Source: Candidatus Omnitrophota bacterium (GTDB lineage: Bacteria > Omnitrophota > Gorgyraeia > Zapsychrales > Fredricksoniimonadaceae). From it: 64,000 nt of DNA. Position numbers and translations under genes: made by a program. Below, in pieces: positions 27,678 to 40,500 of this stretch. The stretch's first letter is position 1, and each line of letters starts with the position of its first letter. The notes below the pieces were generated by a model that was not told the origin of the DNA, searched no databases, and saw nothing but the letters and a program-made list of their open reading frames with translations. The stretch spans positions 70,433 through 134,432 of the forward strand of contig CAJARJ010000015.1 of the NCBI GenBank assembly GCA_903944345.1, given 5' to 3'.

Positions 27678-30332
27678 TCACGCTCCGCCTTCCTTCTCAA
27701 CAACCGGCAAGACCATGCTCACCATAAAACCTTGCGGCAACAGGTTAATCGCTCCGACAGTCCCATTATTCATTTCCACAAAACGCCTGGCAATAGAAAG
27801 CCCTAACCCAAGCCCGCCTTTTCTGGTCTGGGCCCCCCGGTAAAACTTATCAAAAATTCTGCTCAAAGTTTCCTGGGGAATACCTCCACCCTGATCAACG
27901 ACATTAATCAGAATCTTCTGGTTCAAAACAGAGGCCTTAACATCAACAACTCCTCGCACCGGGCCATGAATCAGTGCGTTGCTGACTATATTCTTGAGTG
28001 CCTGTGTCAACATATAGAAATCTGCCTGAACATACAGCGGAACATCCGGATACTCGATCCTGACCCGGTCTTTGCTGACCCCGACAGCAGCCTGTTTTAC
28101 TGCCTCATTAACAATATCACCAACCTCACACCAGGCGTAGCTCGGACGAAAATTTCCGGTATCAAGTTTCGTCAGGTCCAGAACGGCATCAACACTGTTC
28201 GTTAAGCGCATGCTTGCCAGGCGGCTTTCTTCCAGGAGATCCATAGCATCCTTTGGCCATTCATGATACAAAAGAAGCGCATCCAGATATCCGGCGATAA
28301 TCGTAAGAGGCGTCTTTAATTCGTGCGAAAGATTGTCCAGCAAGGCACTCTGAAGATTTTGCGTATCTTCTTTCATCCTGGCTTCATGCGAGATTCTGAG
28401 CAAGCTGTCTTTCTCTAGCATAAGCGTCATGAGCGCAGTGAAGGACTCCAGAAGTGTGCGTTGCGCCAGATCCAGCCGACTCTCTTGCGAAAGCTCGATG
28501 AGCAATACCGCCCGGACATTCCCTGATGACATTAACGGCAAATACATAAGGGCCTGCTGCGGCAACGTGTCGCTAAACCGCCCGGCGGCCTTCTTGTTGC
28601 CAATCGTCCAATGCACAAGTCCTTTCTGTTCTTCGGTCAGCTCGATCTGGTCCCCCAAAAGTTGATCAAAAACTGGTTCCGCTGCCCCATTGAACATTAC
28701 AACCGCACTCCTCGACTTGCATAAAGCATTGATCTGCTCTGTCCCGAGCCGCATAGCCTGATTCAAATCAGTACTTACGGCCAAAGCCCGGGTCAAGGCA
28801 TACAAGGCTTCGGTGCGAATCCGCTGCCTTTTCTCAATTTCTTTCTGGCGCCGCAGCCTGGATGTCACCAGCCCCATCATCAATGCCGTTGTAAAGAATG
28901 TGACCAGCATAGCGATGTCATAATCTTTATTAATAATAAATGTATATTTGGGAGGGATAAATAAATAATTCCACGCAAGGGCACTTAAAGCGGCCAGAGT
29001 CAAAGCGGCAGACCTTCCCAAAAAAACTCCGCTCAACACCACCGCCAGCAAATAAATTAACCCCAGCGTATGATAACCCGTGAATTGCTCGAAAAAGAGA
29101 GCCGTGATCGTAGCCAGGGTAACCGTCAAAAGACTCAAGCCATATTCATACGGCCTGAATCGAGAATCAAAGTCACGAAGTTTCCCGGATGATACCTTTT
29201 CAGTTGATGACAACCGCACAACGTGTATATCAATCTCGCCGCTCATTTCGACCAGCTTGTCGGTCAAGGAGGCCCCTTCGAACAGGCGATGCCAGGATTT
29301 CTGCGAGGATTTCCCTACAATAATCTGTGTTACGTTCTCTTTATTGGCCACATCGAGAATCTCGCGAGCAAGATCATCGCTCTCTTTACTCATCACTTCC
29401 GCGCCCAGAAGCCTGGCCAATGCGAGATTCTTGAGGACACGATCTTTATCTTCCTCACTGCCGGACGCCGAGTTCTCCACATGAAGGGCAATCCATGACG
29501 CATCCAGCATCCCTGCCCAGCGCCGGGTTATCCGAATAAGAGATTCCGAGAAAGGCGTTGCCCCGACAGCAACCAGAATGCGCTCCCCGCTCTGATGTGG
29601 ACCAACAATTCCTTTGGAAGCCATCAACGAACGCAAATGACGATTCACATGTGCAGCGGTCAGACGCAAAGCCATCTCCCGAAGAGCCGTCAAGTTCTCG
29701 GTCTTAAAGAATCTGTCCGCCGCCGTTGAACGCACCTGATCCGGCAAATAAACTTTCCCTTCAGCCAAACGCTTGCGTAATGCCTGCGGCGAAAGATCTA
29801 CCAGCGTGATCTCGAAAGCCTCATCCAAAATAGTGTCCGGAACGGTCTCCCCGACAGCAATTCCTGTTACAGCACGAATGTCTTCTTTGTGGCTTTCTAC
29901 ATGCTGGACATTAAGCGTTGCAAAAACATCGATGCCGGCAGAAAGCAATTCAAGGACGTCCTGATACCGTTTGGGGTGGCGACTGCCGGGGATATTGGTA
30001 TGAGCCAATTCGTCAACGAGAACCAGCTGCGGTCGAAGCCGTAAAATGCCGTCGGTATCCATTTCCGTAAAGATCTTGTCGCGATAATTAATAACTTTAG
30101 GTGAGACCTTGTTAAGACCCTGAACCAGCGCCTCGGTCTCCGCACGGCCATGAGTATAAACGACCCCGACAAGTACCCGCACACCTTCCGCCTGCCGCGC
30201 TTGAGCCTCCTGAAGCATGGCGTATGTCTTGCCAACGCCGGGGCACATACCAAAGAAAATTCGCAGCTTCCCCCGCTTGTTATCCTCAGCGTTAACATTT
30301 AATAACAGCGCGTCCGGATCTGGTCTTTCCAT
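27678..30332 (-). CDS. kdpD: Sensor histidine kinase KdpD
   Basis: 884 aa. N-terminal KdpD domain with Walker A (GMCPGVGKTY), a USP-like domain, four TM helices, a GAF-like region, HisKA (SHELKTPLT) and HATPase_c. Confidence 0.9.
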   Translation of the reverse strand: MERPDPDALLLNVNAEDNKRGKLRIFFGMCPGVGKTYAMLQEAQARQAEGVRVLVGVVYTHGRAETEALVQGLNKVSPKVINYRDKIFTEMDTDGILRLRPQLVLVDELAHTNIPGSRHPKRYQDVLELLSAGIDVFATLNVQHVESHKEDIRAVTGIAVGETVPDTILDEAFEITLVDLSPQALRKRLAEGKVYLPDQVRSTAADRFFKTENLTALREMALRLTAAHVNRHLRSLMASKGIVGPHQSGERILVAVGATPFSESLIRITRRWAGMLDASWIALHVENSASGSEEDKDRVLKNLALARLLGAEVMSKESDDLAREILDVANKENVTQIIVGKSSQKSWHRLFEGASLTDKLVEMSGEIDIHVVRLSSTEKVSSGKLRDFDSRFRPYEYGLSLLTVTLATITALFFEQFTGYHTLGLIYLLAVVLSGVFLGRSAALTLAALSALAWNYLFIPPKYTFIINKDYDIAMLVTFFTTALMMGLVTSRLRRQKEIEKRQRIRTEALYALTRALAVSTDLNQAMRLGTEQINALCKSRSAVVMFNGAAEPVFDQLLGDQIELTEEQKGLVHWTIGNKKAAGRFSDTLPQQALMYLPLMSSGNVRAVLLIELSQESRLDLAQRTLLESFTALMTLMLEKDSLLRISHEARMKEDTQNLQSALLDNLSHELKTPLTIIAGYLDALLLYHEWPKDAMDLLEESRLASMRLTNSVDAVLDLTKLDTGNFRPSYAWCEVGDIVNEAVKQAAVGVSKDRVRIEYPDVPLYVQADFYMLTQALKNIVSNALIHGPVRGVVDVKASVLNQKILINVVDQGGGIPQETLSRIFDKFYRGAQTRKGGLGLGLSIARRFVEMNNGTVGAINLLPQGFMVSMVLPVVEKEGGA

Positions 30333-30371
30333 GGCTTACATCTTACTTGCTATTGGTTTATAGACCAATTA

Positions 30372-30947
30372 TTAATTCAAACTGTCCAACGCCAGATTTA
30401 CTTTAAGGATATTGATCACCGGCTCCCCTGCTAATCCCAGGAATCGTCCAGATATATTTTGTTGTACAATTTGCCTCACCTTTGCTTCCGGCAGTTTCCT
30501 CAATCTGGCAACACGGGACAACTGATAATATGCCCCGGCTAAGCTCAAATGAGGATCCAGTCCACTTGCAGACGCACTGACCAAGTCAATCGGAATGGCT
30601 GCCTGGTTTTCGGGATCGACTATTTTCAAAGCCGCGATCCTTGCCCTAACAGCAGCGACCAAAGCCGGATTTGATGGCCCCAGATTTGAACCCGATGACG
30701 CTAAGGCATTATACGCCGGACTTGTTGCCGAAGGCCTGCCCCAGAAATATCTGGGATCATCGAAGTTCTGCCCGACAAGAGAGGACCCCACCACACTGCC
30801 GTCTTCCGCATAAAGCAGGCTTCCGTTGGCCTGCTTATAAAAAAATATCTGCGCAACGCCGGTAACGAACAAAGGATAAATGACTCCGGTGATCACGGTT
30901 AACACTATAAAAACCATAAAAGCCGGCCTGATCTGTTCTCGCCACAT
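30372..30947 (-). CDS. kdpC: Potassium-transporting ATPase subunit C
   Basis: 191 aa, single N-terminal TM helix, KdpC family. Lies between kdpB and kdpD. Confidence 0.9.
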   Translation of the reverse strand: MWREQIRPAFMVFIVLTVITGVIYPLFVTGVAQIFFYKQANGSLLYAEDGSVVGSSLVGQNFDDPRYFWGRPSATSPAYNALASSGSNLGPSNPALVAAVRARIAALKIVDPENQAAIPIDLVSASASGLDPHLSLAGAYYQLSRVARLRKLPEAKVRQIVQQNISGRFLGLAGEPVINILKVNLALDSLN

Positions 30948-30959
30948 AAATCCCCCTAT

Positions 30960-33050
30960 TTAAGCCAGGTGTAAGACTACAAGAATCATGTCAATCAGTT
31001 TAATACCCACAAACGGGGCAACAAGTCCACCGAGTCCATAAACCAATAGATTGTTTTTCAACAAGCGGCTTGCCGGCATCGGCCGGTATGGCACGCCAAA
31101 CAATGACAACGGAATAAGAAAAACAATAATCAGCGCGTTAAAGATAACCGCCGACAATACCGCGCTTTGCGGTGTTGCCAAGTGCATGATATTAAGCGCC
31201 TTTAAAGCCGGGTAAGTTCCCACAAATGCAGCCGGAATAATCGCAAAATATTTGGAAACATCGTTAGCAATACTAAACGTCGTCAATGATCCTCGCGTCA
31301 TCAATAACTGCTTGCCGATCTCAACAACCTCAATAAGCTTGGTCGGATTGGAATCCAGATCCACCATGTTTCCTGCTTCTTTGGCAGCCTGTGTGCCGGT
31401 ATGCATGGCAACTGCCACATCCGCCTGTGCAAGGGCAGGAGCGTCGTTGGTGCCATCGCCTGTCATGGCCACCAAACGTCCACCGTCCTGCATCTCACGA
31501 ATTAGCCTGAGTTTGGCTTCCGGAGTGGCTTGCGCCAAGAAGTCATCCATTCCGGCCTCCGCCGCAATAGAGGCCGCCGTCAAAGGATTATCACCGGTAA
31601 TCATGACAGTCTTGATGCCCATGCGCCGCAGTTCGGCAAACCGCTCTTTTATGCCACCCTTAACAATGTCTTTCAGCTGAATCACCCCCAGAGTAAGATT
31701 ATTTTCACAAACCGCCAGCGGGGTACCGCCACTTTTTGAAATTGTATCAATCGTTGATTTTAAATCTTCCGGAAAGAGTCCGCCGTGAACCTTGACATAA
31801 TTCTCAATCGCCTCGACAGCGCCTTTTCTGATCTGCCGGCCGCCCCCAAGATCAACCCCACTCATTTTTGTCTGCGCTGTGAACGGAACAAACCTGGCTT
31901 CCATGCCCTGAATCTGTCTTTCCCGAATGCCATATGTCTGCTTTGCGAGAATAACGATGCTACGGCCTTCCGGCGTTTCATCGGATAATGATGAAAGCTG
32001 TGCCGCATCTGCCAGAACCTCAATGTTGATGCCATTTGCCGGGAAAAAAGCCACGGCCTGCCGGTTACCCAGCGTAATAGTGCCTGTCTTGTCAAGAAGA
32101 AGCACATCCACATCCCCCGCAGCCTCGACAGCACGGCCAGATGTGGCGATCACATTCGCCTGAATCATCCGGTCCATTCCTGCAATCCCGATAGCCGGAA
32201 GCAAACCACCTATAGTCGTTGGGATAAGACAAACCAGGAGCGCCACCAACACAGTCACGCTTATCGCCTCGCCATGCCCCGCCGCACCAACACTAAAGAT
32301 TGAAAACGGCAACAGTGTGGCCGTCACCAGAAGAAAAATAATTGTAAACACTACCAAAAGAATAGTGAGCGCAATCTCGTTTGGCGTCTTCTGTCTTTTT
32401 GCACCTTCAACCATTGCGATCATATGATCCAGAAAAGTCTCGCCAGGATTTGCCGTAATGCGCACAACCAGCCAGTCTGAAAGAACCCGTGTACCTCCTG
32501 TAACCGCTGAACGATCCCCGCCGCTTTCCCTGATAACCGGAGCACTCTCTCCTGTGATCGCACTTTCATCAACAGAAGCGATCCCTTCGACAACCTCTCC
32601 ATCCATCGGAATCATGTCCCCGGCCTCAACAAGGACCACATCCTGTTTGCGAAGACTCGTAGCCGAAACAGTTATAAAGCTGGAGCCATAAGACGGCTTT
32701 AATAATTTTCTGGCAGGAGTATCCTTTCTTGTCTTCCTTAAACTGGCAGCTTGCGCTTTTCCGCGACCTTCAGCCATAGCCTCGGAGAAATTTGCGAACA
32801 ACAGGGTGAACCATAGCCAGAGTGTAACTGCCAGAATAAATCCGGCAGCTGTCTCCCCGTGCCCGAACAATGCCTGGAGATACAGCCCTGTTGTCAAAAT
32901 ACTTCCAACGAAAACCACAAACATAACCGGGTTCCTGATCTGATGCCGCGGATCAAGCTTCCTGAATGCGTCAATGATTGCTGGGCATAAAATGGATAAA
33001 TCAAACAACGAATTTATCTTGTTGGTCTTTTTCATATCACTGCGCTCCAT
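30960..33050 (-). CDS. kdpB: Potassium-transporting P-type ATPase subunit B
   Basis: P-type ATPase motifs [15 protein letters not shown] and [15 protein letters not shown]. Confidence 0.95.
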   Translation of the reverse strand: MERSDMKKTNKINSLFDLSILCPAIIDAFRKLDPRHQIRNPVMFVVFVGSILTTGLYLQALFGHGETAAGFILAVTLWLWFTLLFANFSEAMAEGRGKAQAASLRKTRKDTPARKLLKPSYGSSFITVSATSLRKQDVVLVEAGDMIPMDGEVVEGIASVDESAITGESAPVIRESGGDRSAVTGGTRVLSDWLVVRITANPGETFLDHMIAMVEGAKRQKTPNEIALTILLVVFTIIFLLVTATLLPFSIFSVGAAGHGEAISVTVLVALLVCLIPTTIGGLLPAIGIAGMDRMIQANVIATSGRAVEAAGDVDVLLLDKTGTITLGNRQAVAFFPANGINIEVLADAAQLSSLSDETPEGRSIVILAKQTYGIRERQIQGMEARFVPFTAQTKMSGVDLGGGRQIRKGAVEAIENYVKVHGGLFPEDLKSTIDTISKSGGTPLAVCENNLTLGVIQLKDIVKGGIKERFAELRRMGIKTVMITGDNPLTAASIAAEAGMDDFLAQATPEAKLRLIREMQDGGRLVAMTGDGTNDAPALAQADVAVAMHTGTQAAKEAGNMVDLDSNPTKLIEVVEIGKQLLMTRGSLTTFSIANDVSKYFAIIPAAFVGTYPALKALNIMHLATPQSAVLSAVIFNALIIVFLIPLSLFGVPYRPMPASRLLKNNLLVYGLGGLVAPFVGIKLIDMILVVLHLA

Positions 33051-34785
33051 TTAACATCAAATGTTCAACAATCGGCCCCAGAGACAGGGCCGGGAAAAAG
33101 GTCAGTGCGCCAACCACCACAACCACGATGGCCAAAAAAAACACAAACAGCGGAGTATGTGTCGGCAACGTCCCTGGACTGACCGGAACGATCTTCTTTG
33201 AAGACAGTGAACCGGCAATAGCCAAAACCGGAACAATCAACCAGAACCGGCCAAAGAACATGGCCAATCCCAATGCAATATTATAAAATGGCGTGTTAGC
33301 AGAAAGCCCTGCAAAAGCACTGCCGTTGTTTCCTGAAGCCGAGGAGAATGCATAAAGGATTTCACTAAAACCATGCGCTCCAGGATTAAGAATGCCCACC
33401 TTGCCCACAGCAACACTTACACTTAATGCCGTCAACATTAAAATAATAAGCGGCGGAATCAAAACAATCAGTGCGGACATCTTCATCTCCTGAGCCTCAA
33501 TCTTCTTGCCCAAATATTCAGGAGTTCTTCCGATCATAAGCCCGGCAATAAAAACCGCCACAATCACAAAAGCGATCAATCCGTAAAGACCCGATCCAAC
33601 TCCGCCAAAAATGACTTCACCCAACTGAATCAACCACATAGGTATCATGCCGCCTAACGGCATATATGAATCATGCATGGAATTAACCGACCCATTTGAC
33701 GCGGCGGCGGTCGCGACTGACCATATCGACGAACTAACGATCCCGAAACGCGCCTCCTTCCCCTCCATGTTTCCCCCAGACTGAAACATGGTCGCGCTTT
33801 GATCAATTCCCAGGCGTGTCAACAATGGATTGCCCCGCTGTTCGATCTGAACAGACCACAAAAGACAGGGAACAAAAATCGTAAGTATAACCGCCAGTAG
33901 CGCCCAACCTTGCCGAAGATCTTTGACCAGATACCCGAAGGTATAACAAAGCGCCGCAGGAATCAGGAGTATGGAAAACATCTGCAGCAAGTTTGATAGC
34001 GGAGTCGGATTCTCATAAGGATGCGCAGAGTTGGCATTAAAGAAACCTCCTCCGTTGGTCCCCAACTGCTTGATAGCAATCTGCGATGCCGCCGGGCCAA
34101 GCGCGATCACTTGTTGAGTCACCGTATTGCCTGTACCGTCTTTAACAGGCTGGACCAGTGTAGCGACAGCGCCTGAATGAAAAGTCTGCGGTACCCCTTG
34201 CGAGACCAGAAGCAAAGCTAGGATCAACGACAAAGGCATCAGGATATAAAGCGTAGTCCGCACAATATCCACCCAGAAATTGCCCAGTGCCCTCGTTTGT
34301 TTCTGAATAAAGCCACGAGCGAGCGCAACAAGTACAGCCATCCCCGTGGCCGCTGATACAAAGTTCTGAACCGTCAGGGCCAGCATTTGAGTCAGATAAC
34401 TCATAGTGCTCTCGCCGCCATATCCCTGCCAGTTCGTATTGCTGACGAAACTCACAGCCGTATTAAATGCCGAGTCTGCGGCTACTGCCGGCAACTCCAT
34501 GGGGTTCAAGGGCAAAGAACCCTGGAAACGCTGAATTATGTAAACAACTACAATCCCCAGAGCATTAAAAAGCATTAAAGCCACCGCGTACTCTTTCCAG
34601 GTCATACCGACATCTGCTCTTACCCCGCAAACCCGATACAGACATCTCTCCAATGAGCCAAGCCAGGTATTAAAGCCAGCCGGTTTCTCCTCATAAATAC
34701 TGGCCATAAACGTCCCCAGTGGCTTGACGGCCAATAACAAAGCGGCGAGATAAAAAGATATTTGTATAAGGTTATTCCAGTTCAT
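33037..34785 (-). CDS. kdpA: Potassium-transporting ATPase subunit A
   Basis: 582 aa polytopic protein. N-terminus [28 protein letters not shown] is typical of KdpA. Confidence 0.95.
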   Translation of the reverse strand: MNWNNLIQISFYLAALLLAVKPLGTFMASIYEEKPAGFNTWLGSLERCLYRVCGVRADVGMTWKEYAVALMLFNALGIVVVYIIQRFQGSLPLNPMELPAVAADSAFNTAVSFVSNTNWQGYGGESTMSYLTQMLALTVQNFVSAATGMAVLVALARGFIQKQTRALGNFWVDIVRTTLYILMPLSLILALLLVSQGVPQTFHSGAVATLVQPVKDGTGNTVTQQVIALGPAASQIAIKQLGTNGGGFFNANSAHPYENPTPLSNLLQMFSILLIPAALCYTFGYLVKDLRQGWALLAVILTIFVPCLLWSVQIEQRGNPLLTRLGIDQSATMFQSGGNMEGKEARFGIVSSSIWSVATAAASNGSVNSMHDSYMPLGGMIPMWLIQLGEVIFGGVGSGLYGLIAFVIVAVFIAGLMIGRTPEYLGKKIEAQEMKMSALIVLIPPLIILMLTALSVSVAVGKVGILNPGAHGFSEILYAFSSASGNNGSAFAGLSANTPFYNIALGLAMFFGRFWLIVPVLAIAGSLSSKKIVPVSPGTLPTHTPLFVFFLAIVVVVVGALTFFPALSLGPIVEHLMLNGAQ

Positions 34786-34874
34786 GAGAACAGCTCCGGT
34801 TTAATCAATGCCAGAAACAGATAAACAAACAGCCCCAAAACCAATACCCCACTAATCCAGTAAATCACCAACAT
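34782..34874 (-). CDS. kdpF: Potassium-transporting ATPase subunit F (30 aa)
   Basis: [30 protein letters not shown]. Start at the internal ATG at 34874. Overlaps the kdpA start by 4 bp. Confidence 0.6.
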   Translation of the reverse strand: MLVIYWISGVLVLGLFVYLFLALIKPELFS

Positions 34875-35235
34875 AGGTCGCCTCAAGCCTTTCCACAGAG
34901 GTTGATAAAACACATTGTTGCAAACACAAGCAATCCAATTAGCCCGATAACGATCATGTCCATGTTCCACACCTCTCCAATAACAGCCTCCTGGAAGAAA
35001 ATTGAACCTGTCTCTAAGTGTAGTCTGACGCTGAACTATTTCGAGTTAAAAGGATAACGGAAGGTATTAAATAAGTATTAAAAACAGGCGGAACTGTACG
35101 CGGGCATTATTAAGCAGAAAATTAAACTCCTGATGGGTTCGAAAGGCTTCGCCGCTGTCATCACATCCATGACACAGCTCAGAATTTGATCCGAAAAGAA
35201 TCCTGCAATATTTCACCTCCTTCGAACCAGCGACA

Positions 35236-35613
35236 CTACCTCGTCTTTTTCAGATGCTTTTGAATACACTGTATCAGATCCTCCAGGCTCACCGGCTTGG
35301 CCAGGCAAGGGTAATCGTTAACACTTGTCTTAGTATTCTCCGACTTACTCTTGCCCACCAACGCCGTGATAAAGACAACCGGAATATCATTTAACAACTT
35401 CTCTTCCTTGAGCTTGCGCACCACCTCGCAGCCATCTATATCCGGCATCATCACATCCATCATGATCAAATCCGGGCAAAAGCTCCTGACAACATCGACA
35501 ATGTTACGCCCCGTATTCTCGACGCGAACTTGATAACTTTCCTCCAGATTAATCCGCACAACGCGAGTAAAAGCCTCCTCATCATCAACAACCAGTATTC
35601 TTTTCTTATCCAT
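35236..35613 (-). CDS. Stand-alone response-regulator receiver domain (CheY-like)
   Basis: RILVVDDEEAF ... DLIMMDVMMPDIDG ... ITAL. No output domain. Directly downstream of the Cache histidine kinase. Confidence 0.8.
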   Translation of the reverse strand: MDKKRILVVDDEEAFTRVVRINLEESYQVRVENTGRNIVDVVRSFCPDLIMMDVMMPDIDGCEVVRKLKEEKLLNDIPVVFITALVGKSKSENTKTSVNDYPCLAKPVSLEDLIQCIQKHLKKTR

Positions 35614-35624
35614 GCGCCCTCCTG

Positions 35625-37382
35625 TTATATCCTAAACCGTAATGTCGCCCGAGCACCTCGCCCATCTGTCCTGTTCTCCAATGCAATCTTTCCTCCGTGC
35701 ATTTCAATAATGTTCTTTGCAAGCGACAACCCCAGCCCTGTTCCACCCATAGTCCGCTTAGTCGTAACAAACGGCACGAACAGATTCTTAGCAACACGCT
35801 GCGGAATCCCTGGCCCGGAATCTTCAATCCAGACCACTACCCAGCACAATTGATCCGCATCTCTTTCTTGGAACGTCCGAATCCTCAGCTCGCCGCCAGA
35901 GGGCATCGCATGAATCGCGTTCATGACCAGATTCAACAAAACCTGCTGGATCTTATTGCTGTCGAGGCTAACCTCCGGCAAGTCGACTCCAAAATTCCGT
36001 TCGACATGCACATGTTTCTCAATAAAGAGTGCCTTGACCAACAGCAGGGATTTGTCAATCAAGGCGTTAATATCCTGTGCGCTTCTATCCAATTCCGAAA
36101 TCAATGAAAAATCTAGCAGCCCTTTGATAATCAGATCCGCACGGCATACCGCGTTGCTAACATCTTCGATCACGCCCGCCATCCGCTCATTATCAGGGCT
36201 AACATGCCTTTTGATATACCCCACACCCATCAAAATAATCGCAAGAGGATTTTTTACTTCATGTGCCACCCCGGCCGCCAATGTCCCCACGACTTCCATC
36301 TTCGCAGACTGAACAAGCAACGATTGTGTCGAACGCAAAGTCTCCAGATTTTTCTCCAGATCTTCGTAAAGCCGCTGCAACTCCGCGTTCTTCTTTCTTT
36401 CGTCCCGGTAAAAAGCAAACGCCGACAAAAACAGAACAAGAATAACCAGGCCGGAGAAAATAATATTATCCCTTACATTCTTATTCAACGGTTCGGCGAT
36501 CGTGGCATAATCGATTACGGTCACGAGCGACAACCTCTTTGTCCCGAAGAAAACCGGCGAAAAAGCCACGATCACTTCCTCTGCCTTGCGCGGACGATCC
36601 TGGATCAATAGCCGGCATCCACCCGAGCCTTCCTCTCCGCGCTTGATCTTTTCCATTACCGCGTCAAACCGGCTTTCGGACATCGACAACTTGTTGTCAC
36701 GGAAAAGAATATCAATATTCTTTCCCAGATACTGCTCATCCGGATAACTCAACAAACACCCTTCCGGATCCAGCAGAAACGAGTAAGTGGCATCCCCATC
36801 ATGGCGACTAAGCAGAGAATGCAGAGTCTCCAGACTCACCACCGCCCGCAATTTTCCAACATACTTCTCCCACCGGAACACCGGTTGATCAAAGATCAAG
36901 ACCTTCTTGCCATCGATGGTGGTGCGCATCCCGCTTTCCCCAACAGTCTGACCGGATGCCATCGGGTGTGCATCGGAGGCAGAAACAAGATCTTTCCCCA
37001 GGTCATCCTTGGAAGGAGCCTTGTAGATCATCACCCCCCGGCTATCAAGAAGGCGCAAAGACGTCGCCAAAGACTTAATGTTCTTGTAGGAATCCTCAAG
37101 AAAGTAAAAACGCTGGTCGGTCGTCTTGCTAAAATTATCCGCGAACGCGTCACGGACAGCAACGTCTTTCGACAAGCGCTCTACTTCCTGGGTAAGGTTC
37201 AAAGCCTGCTGATTCAGAAGGCGGCTTTCCACTCGAACAGTATTCAACAACTGCCGCTGAACCTGGGCCACAATGGTCTTCTCGAAAGTATGGTGATTTC
37301 GTCTGGCAAAATATCCCACGACAATCACCACAGTGAGCATTCCGACATAAGGAAGAATTTTTTTCAGGAAAACGTTATTCAT
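35625..37382 (-). CDS. Sensor histidine kinase with periplasmic Cache-like sensor domain
   Basis: N-terminal TM helix, a periplasmic domain of about 250 aa, a second TM helix, HisKA (AAGVAHEVKNPLAII) and HATPase_c (GGTGLGLSLAKNII). Confidence 0.8.
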   Translation of the reverse strand: MNNVFLKKILPYVGMLTVVIVVGYFARRNHHTFEKTIVAQVQRQLLNTVRVESRLLNQQALNLTQEVERLSKDVAVRDAFADNFSKTTDQRFYFLEDSYKNIKSLATSLRLLDSRGVMIYKAPSKDDLGKDLVSASDAHPMASGQTVGESGMRTTIDGKKVLIFDQPVFRWEKYVGKLRAVVSLETLHSLLSRHDGDATYSFLLDPEGCLLSYPDEQYLGKNIDILFRDNKLSMSESRFDAVMEKIKRGEEGSGGCRLLIQDRPRKAEEVIVAFSPVFFGTKRLSLVTVIDYATIAEPLNKNVRDNIIFSGLVILVLFLSAFAFYRDERKKNAELQRLYEDLEKNLETLRSTQSLLVQSAKMEVVGTLAAGVAHEVKNPLAIILMGVGYIKRHVSPDNERMAGVIEDVSNAVCRADLIIKGLLDFSLISELDRSAQDINALIDKSLLLVKALFIEKHVHVERNFGVDLPEVSLDSNKIQQVLLNLVMNAIHAMPSGGELRIRTFQERDADQLCWVVVWIEDSGPGIPQRVAKNLFVPFVTTKRTMGGTGLGLSLAKNIIEMHGGKIALENRTDGRGARATLRFRI

Positions 37383-37513
37383 GTCCTATCGGGCATCTTC
37401 CTGTTCTCAATGTGAAATATTTTTCGCACCTAATACGATTTTCTTTACGTAATTAATCCAGCATTCAGGTTAGTCGACCAGCGTATGAATAAATTACAAC
37501 TTGAAGCATTTAT

Positions 37514-40500
37514 TCACACCGTGCCATCCCGACTCCGAGCCCATTCGAAATCCGATGCCTGATCTTTTAACGAAAGAGAGGATTCTCGGCAGCACACTTC
37601 AATCTGATGATGCCGGCGATCATCAACCAGATGAATGACTTTATTCTCTTGTTTAACACCATCTACTGTCAATGACTCCTGGTTATTGCCGGAGGCCAGA
37701 CGTAAAACTTTTATCTGATAAATCGTCTCCCGATACCGATACTGTATTTTAAATTCTTTCCAGTCTAAAGGAATGCATGGTTCTATCGTTAATTGATCAA
37801 CTTGCAGCCTCAGCCCCAACAAAGATTCCAGTATCAAACGATACATCCAGCCTGCAGACCCGGTATACCACGTCCACCCGCCCCGCCCGATGTGGGGTGA
37901 AACACCATATACGTCAGCCGCAACTACATAAGGCTCAACTTTATAGGTATTAATATCCGCCAAAGATTTTGCGTGATTAACCGGATTGATCATGTCCAGG
38001 ATTTCCCACGCATGCCGGCTATCTCCCAGCCTGGCGAATGCCATGGCCGCCCAGATAGCCGCATGAGTATATTGTCCGCCGTTCTCCCTCACTCCAGGGA
38101 CATAGCCCTTGATATAGCCGGGATTCAGGCTGGATTTGTCAAACGGAGGATCAAGGAGCTGAACAATCCGGCTGTCCCGGCGAATGAGACGCCGACTGAG
38201 CGCCTCCATGGCCAGCTGCACGCGCCGGCCATCGCCTGCTCCGGAAAGAACCGACCAGCTTTGGGCAATGGAATCAATCTGACATTCCGTATTGCTCGCT
38301 GACCCGAGAGGAGCCCCGTCATCAAAATACGCGCGTCTGTACCACTCCCCGTCCCAACCATGCTTTTCTATGTTCTGGCGCAGCTGCATGCTCTGCATTT
38401 GACAAATCCCGGTGAAAGCTGAATCACCTCGCTCCTGTGCGATCCCGATAAACTGAACAAGCACCTCGTAGAGAAAAAAGCCCAGCCAAACACTCTCCCC
38501 TTTTCCTTTCTGGCCAACCAGATTCATCCCGTCGTTCCAGTCGCAGGATCCCATCAAGGGTAATCCGTGTTCCCCGAAAGCCAGGCCCCTGACAATAGCG
38601 CGCCGGCAATGTTCGTACAGACTCACCTTCTCCGGCGACTGGACCGGCAGATCATAATATGCGTCTTCATCCGCATTCACCGGCCTTCCCTGAAGAAGCG
38701 GTGTCAGTTCATCCAGCACTTCTGTATCCCCCGTAGTCAAAACATACCGGCATGTGGCTAATGGCAGCCAAAGATAGTCATCCGAACAATGGCTGCGCAG
38801 CCCCCTTCCCTCTGGTGGATGCCACCAATGCTGAACATCCCCTTCGTAAAACTGATGAGCCGCACATAAAAGCAAATGCTCACGCACAAGGCCCGGCTCG
38901 TTATGGATAAGCGCCATCACATCCTGCAGTTGATCCCGGTAGCCAAATGCTCCCCCGGACTGACAATACCCGCTGCGGGCCCAAAGGCGACAAGCCAGCG
39001 TCTGATAAAGCAGCCATCCGTTAGTCAATATGTTCAATGATTTATCGGGCGTTTCTACCTGCACCGCACCAAGAGTACGGGTCCAATACTCGGACACAGC
39101 TTCTGAAGCTTCCTGGGCACCGGACAAGCCACAGTAACGCTGAATCAACTTGCGAACATGCTCGATTCCTTGCCCCACTCCCAGCGTGAAAACAATCTTT
39201 CGTTCTTCTCCGTCAACCAAATCAAACGGAACCTGGATTGCGGCACAAGGATCCAAAGCCGCCCCCACCTTGCCGGAAAGATGCGCCCGCGACAATGCAG
39301 CCGGCTCTTGAACCGATCCGTTGCGCCCAATGAATTCCGTGCGGTCTCCGCTGATTGTTCTGGACATATCATCCACGCAAAAGAAGGCAATAGTCTCAGA
39401 GAATTCAGTATTGTACAGATTGCGCGCATACAATGCTCCGTTTACATGGTCAACCTCGGTCCTGACATGCATAGCCGTTTTTGAACGCATATCTCCCAAA
39501 ACCCATTCCACATACCCCGTGGCTGAAAGTCGCCGCGGGCGACCGGACATATTATGTATTGTCAAAACAGAAAATTTTACCGATGCATCGACGGCCACAT
39601 AAACACGCAATTCAGAATGAAGACCGCCCTCATTGTGTTCAAATACGCTGTACCCGAATCCGTGCCGGCTGACATAAGGCGCTTTCGAGCGACTCGGCCC
39701 GGGTGATGGCGACCAGAAATGACCGGTTTCTTCATCTCGCAAATATAAAGCTTCTCCTGTTAGATCGTTTACAGGGTCATTATTCCAGGGAGTCAAACGA
39801 AATTCATGGGCGTTTTCACTCCATGTATACGCGCAGCCGTTCTCTGAAACAATAGTCCCGAAATGAGCATTGGCCAGCACATTCACCCATGGCATCGGCG
39901 TCACTTGTCCTGACGAAAGCTTGATCACGTATTCACGGCCTTCCGGAGAAAAACCTCCCAATTGATTAAAGAAAACCAGATCATTGTCAGCGATATTTGC
40001 AGGAAGCGCCGCTTCGCGATGATGTGCTTTAAACGTCGCAAGGCGGGGAACAGGAACTTCGGCTGGATGACGAAGGTTAATTTGACTCGCCAGCGTTCCC
40101 CTGCGATCCGAAATAATGACCCGGGCGACTGACTGCAACAAGATGCGTTCCTCGCTGGATATCTGTTCAGCCGGCCTGACAAATATCTCGCCGGAATTAT
40201 GAGACAATTTACCCTGCCCACTCGCACTGATCAGTCCCATGATCTGCTCTTGCAGTAATTGCTGATAACCAGAAAGGGCTTCATTCCAGATGACCAGGTC
40301 AACCGCCAGGCCTTTTAATCGCCAATACGCATGGGCCTGCACCATCTGGCGGGCAAGTTCGATATGAGCAGGATCTCCTATCTGAAGGATCACAACCGGC
40401 AGGTCACCGGAAATAGCATTCCCCCATAGACCACTCTGCCCGCGGCGATTCTGCACAAGAACGCCAGAATCAGCACGCAACAATGAATGGGCATAAATAA

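Noticed and set aside
37486-37516. Inverted repeat TGAATAAAT...ATTTATTCA overlapping the glucan-synthase stop codon; considered as a terminator
   Set aside because: The stem is AT-rich and weak, and there is no U-tract. The downstream Cache kinase has its own short intergenic region and may be co-transcribed.
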